Of a stretch of 64,000 nt of DNA, positions 63,505 through 64,000 are shown one piece after another (position 1 is the first letter of the stretch; every line of letters begins with the position of its first letter). The notes beneath the pieces were generated by a model that searched no databases, was not told the DNA's origin, and was given only the letters and a program-made list of their open reading frames with translations. The stretch is from Bacteroidota bacterium (lineage in GTDB: Bacteria > Bacteroidota > Bacteroidia > Bacteroidales > FEN-979), in NCBI GenBank assembly GCA_037133475.1, contig JBAXOB010000015.1, positions 9,460 to 73,459 on the forward strand, given 5' to 3'. The position numbers and the translations under genes were made by a program.

Positions 63505-64000
63505 ATGAGAAAATTATTCGCGTTTGTTATAATTTCCCTGGTAATGCCCTTATACCTGACAGCGGCAAAAAAGGACTCTGCCGTGAACATTCCGGCGCCA
63601 TTCCATAAAAATGTGATTAAGATCAACCCCACTCCCATGTTGTTATGGAGCGTCAAAAACCTGACCTTAAGCTACGAACGCGTTCTGAACAAAAGACAAT
63701 CCATCTCCATCATGATTGGGTACCTTGAATTCCCCAGCCTTTTTAAGGACAATATCGCAAACCTGGTCAACATCACCAGCAAACAAAAGTGGGGGATCAA
63801 CTTAGCCCTGGAATACAGGTTTTATCTGATGAAGCGAAATGCAAGACCCGTCCCCGACGGGATTTACATCGCCCCGTACGCCAGCTATTACGGGTTTCAT
63901 TTCAGGAACGGCCTCGATTTGTTGAGAACCGATATCGACAGTGCCGGACAGATCAAAGGCAACTTCTATGTTTTTAATCTTGGCGTGGAACTCGGGTACC
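63505..64000 (+). CDS. putative outer-membrane beta-barrel protein (DUF3575-like?), 3' end outside window
   Basis: My own translation from the ATG at 63505 reads MRKLFAFVIISLVMPLYLTAAKKDSAVNIPAPFHKNVIKINPTPMLLWSVKNLTLSYERVLNKRQSISIMIGYLEF...GINLALEYRFYL...FYVFNLGVELGY. It has a signal peptide followed by alternating-hydrophobic beta-strand pattern, and is open to the window end. Confidence 0.55.
   Translation, partial: MRKLFAFVIISLVMPLYLTAAKKDSAVNIPAPFHKNVIKINPTPMLLWSVKNLTLSYERVLNKRQSISIMIGYLEFPSLFKDNIANLVNITSKQKWGINLALEYRFYLMKRNARPVPDGIYIAPYASYYGFHFRNGLDLLRTDIDSAGQIKGNFYVFNLGVELGY

Noticed and set aside
1-64000. Search for mobile elements, phage genes, toxin-antitoxin pairs or known defence systems such as restriction-modification, CBASS, retrons, Gabija and Septu.
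   Set aside because: No integrase, transposase, reverse transcriptase, nuclease-helicase pair, methyltransferase-endonuclease pair or small paired ORFs were recognised. The orphan ABC ATPase is linked to NifS and Fe-S genes rather than to a nuclease partner.

Overview
This is a 64-kb chromosomal segment of Bacteroidota type, judged from a SusC/SusD pair, T9SS C-terminal sorting domains, TAnnTTTG -7 boxes and tightly packed or overlapping genes. All calls come from reading the translations and DNA by eye; no database search was run. I saw no rRNA, CRISPR array, integrase, transposase, phage gene or recognisable defence gene.

Blocks in order:
- 1-2930: DUF1254/DUF1214 paralogs and a lipoprotein.
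- 3369-8545: Rrf2 and Crp/Fnr regulators divergent from an operon with a permease-less ABC ATPase, a Cys-rich G3E (HypB/UreG/CobW-like) GTPase, a NifS cysteine desulfurase, a small DUF6356-like membrane protein and an RnfB-type Fe-S domain protein. This is my best candidate for an uncharacterised system (metallocluster maturation or repair).
- 8657-16863: secreted HExxH protein, FISUMP-domain protein, APS kinase, SPFH protein, M49-like Zn hydrolase, O-methyltransferase and peptidase E.
- 16922-39906: a roughly 23-kb alpha-glucan (starch) PUL with two SLC45-like MFS transporters, MalQ, four GH13 enzymes (one with a T9SS tail), a T9SS esterase, tandem SusE/F-like lipoproteins and SusD/SusC. No regulator is visible.
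- 39908-47043: a phosphorelay operon of two hybrid kinases plus an 897-aa secreted helical protein.
- 47205-53337: a TPR protein and two GT-C-like polytopic membrane proteins.
- 53869-62998: PAS kinase, CheB-CheR-PAS fusion and a multi-PAS hybrid kinase.
- 63130-63213: tRNA-Leu(CAG) with a bidirectional terminator, followed by a partial outer-membrane-like gene.

Non-genic signals are a roughly 135-bp intergenic repeat family (two full copies and one partial), an 8-bp microsatellite filling a convergent spacer, and an 8-heptad EE-rich coiled coil inside the CheB-CheR fusion.
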